IMG/VR virus record: IMGVR_UViG_3300028925_012220 | Span: 1 to 31,555 of that record | Reading direction: 5' to 3' (one strand) | Length of the DNA: 31,555 nucleotides | DNA from: a virus | Lineage: Duplodnaviria > Caudoviricetes | In this document: positions 29,258 to 31,555 of the stretch, piece after piece | How the letters are laid out: each line of letters begins with the position of its first letter | Numbering within the stretch: the first letter of the stretch is position 1 | Position numbers and translations under genes: made by a program | The notes under the pieces: model-generated | Seen by the model: the letters and a program-made list of their open reading frames with translations, nothing else | Database searches by the model: none | Told to the model about the DNA's origin: nothing

Positions 29258-29357
29258 TAATAATATATTATATTATTTATTAATAATTTAATAATTTTTT
29301 TTTATTACTTTTATTATCATTATTACTAATATTTTATAATATACTTAATATAATATA
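29258..29357. other. Extreme A+T tract (candidate replication origin / unwinding element)
   Basis: 100 bp with only 4 C and no G on the plus strand. Confidence 0.45.
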
Positions 29358-29376
29358 GAATATGCGAAAAGGCAAC
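29347..29376 (-). promoter_or_regulatory. Putative early/middle promoter GTTGC-N18-TTATATT
   Basis: Same spacing as the other three copies. Confidence 0.62.
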
Positions 29377-29383
29377 TTTTTTA

Positions 29384-29716
29384 CTATAAATATTTTGCAG
29401 AGTCATTATACCCCGCATGTTGATTAGTTCGACCTAATCGGACACCTACCTTATGAGCGTGTTGCGCGTCCTTTAAGGTATCGATTAACCTATTTGTTTC
29501 CGCGAAGGTTAGCTCGTGATACTTCTCACCAATAAAGATTTTCCCTATTACTGGTGAGGTTGCATCCCCATCTGAGTGCCTCCCCCAATCATGCTCAAAT
29601 CTAATTGAACCCCATACCTTACCATTACGACCCGGGTTGAACGGCTTGTGCTGGTTATGGATTGTTTTTTTAATCTCCGGTCTAAAGGAGTACTTTTGCT
29701 TCCTATTGTAAGCCAT
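29384..29716 (-). CDS. Hypothetical protein (110 aa)
   Basis: ORF track; coding strand. Confidence 0.6.
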   Translation of the reverse strand: MAYNRKQKYSFRPEIKKTIHNQHKPFNPGRNGKVWGSIRFEHDWGRHSDGDATSPVIGKIFIGEKYHELTFAETNRLIDTLKDAQHAHKVGVRLGRTNQHAGYNDSAKYL

Positions 29717-29759
29717 TTGAATTTAGCAGTTAAGCTGCAAGCTATTAGTTATAAGTGTT

Positions 29760-29993
29760 TTAAAATTTAATCATATCACGGAGAGTAGCACACTTCTCAT
29801 ACTCCTCTCGTTCCACGTAGTGCTCTATCATCTTGTTAAGGATAGAACGCTGCTTCTTTCTAACACCAGGTACATGCTCTTCAATACCATCTTTCTGGAT
29901 GTTTATATATAAGTCATCTATAAGTGAGCTAATTAAGTTTTCTGTTAATTGCTCTAAATCTTCTAACGTTATTTTACGACCGTTAATATACAT
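29760..29993 (-). CDS. Small UvrB/UvrC (UVR) motif protein
   Basis: C-terminal MIEHYVEREEYEKCATLRDMIK matches the UVR coiled-coil consensus. Confidence 0.7.
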   Translation of the reverse strand: MYINGRKITLEDLEQLTENLISSLIDDLYINIQKDGIEEHVPGVRKKQRSILNKMIEHYVEREEYEKCATLRDMIKF

Positions 29994-30001
29994 AAGTGTG
30001 A

Positions 30002-30523
30002 TTACTTAGCAGATATGTTACCTACTACCTGATCATCGGAGACAACAGGGGATACAGTGCTGTGCCCCTCTGTGCCGTATGTACTACCGTCGTTATAACT
30101 ATTAGTATGTCCTACCATCTCAAATCTAAGACTAGGTACTATCTTATCATCACAGAGCTCTTGATACAGTTCGTGCATCCTCCAATTCTCTGAATTCTCT
30201 AAGTCACGGATAAAATCGTCCTGTACATCGTTTACGTTAAACCCACTTCCGTAGCCAGTAACTGTAACTGCCTTTGAAAGGATATGCATTGTCTCGTTAG
30301 CGTTTGACCAATCATGATCACCAAATTCTAAACCTTGTTGATCTTCTTCCAGGTCTTCACTGAAATGTGTCTCTGCTTCATTCCAAGCTCTATCCCACAT
30401 CTGTGTGATAATAGCTTTCATCTCGAGTGCCACCTCCTCATTGTGGGAGTACATCTCTCTCGAGTGAGGTTTAGTAATTTCGATTCCGTACTGATAAACT
30501 GGTGTTTTTTTAGCTCTTGCCAT
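30002..30523 (-). CDS. Hypothetical acidic protein (173 aa)
   Basis: ORF track; promoter at 30576-30605 upstream. Confidence 0.6.
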   Translation of the reverse strand: MARAKKTPVYQYGIEITKPHSREMYSHNEEVALEMKAIITQMWDRAWNEAETHFSEDLEEDQQGLEFGDHDWSNANETMHILSKAVTVTGYGSGFNVNDVQDDFIRDLENSENWRMHELYQELCDDKIVPSLRFEMVGHTNSYNDGSTYGTEGHSTVSPVVSDDQVVGNISAK

Positions 30524-30575
30524 TGTGTGTTAATTATTTAATTGTTATTATTTCTTCCTTCTAAACTTATACTAC

Positions 30576-30605
30576 AATATAAGGACTAATCCTTAAGGAA
30601 CCAAC
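30576..30605 (-). promoter_or_regulatory. Putative early/middle promoter GTTGG-N18-TTATATT
   Basis: Identical spacing to the other copies; spacer contains the palindrome CCTTAAGG. Confidence 0.68.
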
Positions 30606-30645
30606 TTTTGACCCGGGTATTTTATAAATAATTACACATAGGTAT

Positions 30646-31555
30646 TCATCTAAAGACTGTGACTTTTCCGGTTATCTCTGTAGCCGCTCCTGCTTGAGTA
30701 GCTTGTATCTTCCAGACATATACTCCATCGGGTACTAACCAATGTCCACTCCGACTCTGACCTTGCCAAAAGTCGTTTACTAGGCTTGTCTCCCACACGA
30801 TACCTCCCCATCGGTTATAGATTTGTAAGTTCCATGTTAACCAACATGCTGAGTCCGTCACAGCGTAGAACGTATCGTTTACACCATCGTTGTTAGGCGT
30901 AAAGGTATTGGGTATAAATATAGTGTTGTCTATACAATTTACAATGCCACCATCTTCACATGGCTCTCCCGTCTCACAATCAATCCACTCTATCACATAC
31001 TCTGTAATAGTTATAGTATCGGTAACATATATATAGCTATCAACTAAAACTTCTACAGTATCTGTTATATAAATTGTTTCTGTTATGTATACTGTATCCG
31101 TTATATACACTAGCTCTATAACATCTATGTATATAGTATCGTTAGGAAGCTCTATGTATTCGACAATTGTATCGTTAGGGAGTTCTATATATAGAGTATC
31201 TGTTACGTAAACAAATACATCTACAATTACCGTGTCGTTAGGGAGCTCTACATATACTGTATCTGTAATATATTCAATAACAGGTACATCTACATACACA
31301 GTATCACAAGCAGGTAGAGCACAATTAACAGCAGTGTTATTAGATAGGTCTACGTCAGGGTAGTTCTGCGTTTGGTTAAACCCTGGGTTTACCGCCCAAC
31401 CACCATCTTCTACAAAAGCAGTTCTAGATAGATTAATCTGCCATACAACTAATTCAGTACATAAAGAGTCATTTGCTAATATCTCTGCCCAACAATCATT
31501 TGTACTTAAATTTGAATCATATACATTTGCACTCCAAGTGTCTCCGCTATCTAGT
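30646..31555 (-). CDS. T9SS type-B sorting (gliding motility-associated C-terminal, CHU_C) domain protein, 5'-truncated
   Basis: IFIPNTFTPNNDGVNDTF...LQIYNRWG...W.G...DGVYVW...GKVTVFR; frame is open from 31554 (LDSGDTW...), so the true start lies outside the window. Confidence 0.85.
   Translation of the reverse strand, partial: LDSGDTWSANVYDSNLSTNDCWAEILANDSLCTELVVWQINLSRTAFVEDGGWAVNPGFNQTQNYPDVDLSNNTAVNCALPACDTVYVDVPVIEYITDTVYVELPNDTVIVDVFVYVTDTLYIELPNDTIVEYIELPNDTIYIDVIELVYITDTVYITETIYITDTVEVLVDSYIYVTDTITITEYVIEWIDCETGEPCEDGGIVNCIDNTIFIPNTFTPNNDGVNDTFYAVTDSACWLTWNLQIYNRWGGIVWETSLVNDFWQGQSRSGHWLVPDGVYVWKIQATQAGAATEITGKVTVFR
31012..31305 (-). repeat. Low-complexity DT[VIL] repeat tract, including three ELPNDT copies
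   Basis: DNA near-repeats at 31136-31155, 31169-31188 and 31232-31251; nine DT[VIL] tripeptides. Confidence 0.85.

Larger units (their letters stand above)
1..31555 (-). mobile_element. Bacteriophage genome segment (large myovirus-like Caudoviricetes; probable Bacteroidota/FCB host)
   Basis: Co-oriented, tightly packed genes with TAATG/ATGA overlaps; gp25- and gp6-like baseplate genes, phage primase, gp46/47-like nuclease and gp55-like sigma; no cellular housekeeping genes; T9SS type-B CTD and OMP point to the host group. Confidence 0.93.

Noticed and set aside
29717-29759. Small hairpin GCAG-TTAAG-CTGC as terminator or ncRNA
   Set aside because: Short stem and no U-tract
3943-30541. Remaining plus-strand ORFs and nested minus-strand ORFs (13963-14157, 17305-17526)
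   Set aside because: They lie within or largely overlap longer, motif-bearing minus-strand genes and have atypical composition
31012-31305. Repeats as a CRISPR array or DGR template/variable region
   Set aside because: Repeats are in-frame, degenerate at synonymous sites and irregularly spaced; no adenine-specific pattern and no reverse transcriptase or cas gene in the window
1-31555. Alternative genetic code (TAG/TGA recoding), as in some Bacteroidota phages
   Set aside because: Coding density is high under code 11, and TAA, TAG and TGA all terminate genes at sensible boundaries
1-31555. tRNA or rRNA genes
   Set aside because: Intergenic gaps are short or extremely AT-rich; no cloverleaf or T-loop motif was seen by eye

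Overview
This 31.5-kb window is an AT-rich segment of a large contractile-tailed (myovirus-type) bacteriophage genome, most likely infecting a Bacteroidota/FCB-group host. All credible genes lie on the minus strand; the plus-strand ORFs in the track are antisense shadows. Reading in transcription order (right to left): (i) a 5'-truncated protein with a type-B T9SS (gliding-motility/CHU_C) sorting domain and a DT[VIL]-rich stalk; (ii) small early/accessory genes, including a UVR-motif protein, a Zn-finger protein, an HD hydrolase and a gp55-like sigma factor with an AT-hook; (iii) a two-gene envelope operon (small outer-membrane beta-barrel plus small membrane protein) ending in a terminator; (iv) a baseplate/tail module (spike-like, gp25, gp6, DNRLRE-like, gp7/gpI-like, fibre-attachment paralogs, LamG); (v) an inserted DNA-metabolism block (GIY-YIG, primase, single-chain SbcD-SbcC/Mre11-Rad50 fusion); and (vi) two in-frame tail-fibre-type ORFs separated by a single TAA. 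Two promoter classes can be read directly from the DNA: GTTGS-N18-TTATATT (4 copies, identical spacing) and ATATTTATA on the coding strand (the reverse complement of the T4 late promoter). There is also a 100-bp, 96% A+T tract that is a candidate origin. All product calls come from motif recognition by eye; no database searches were run.
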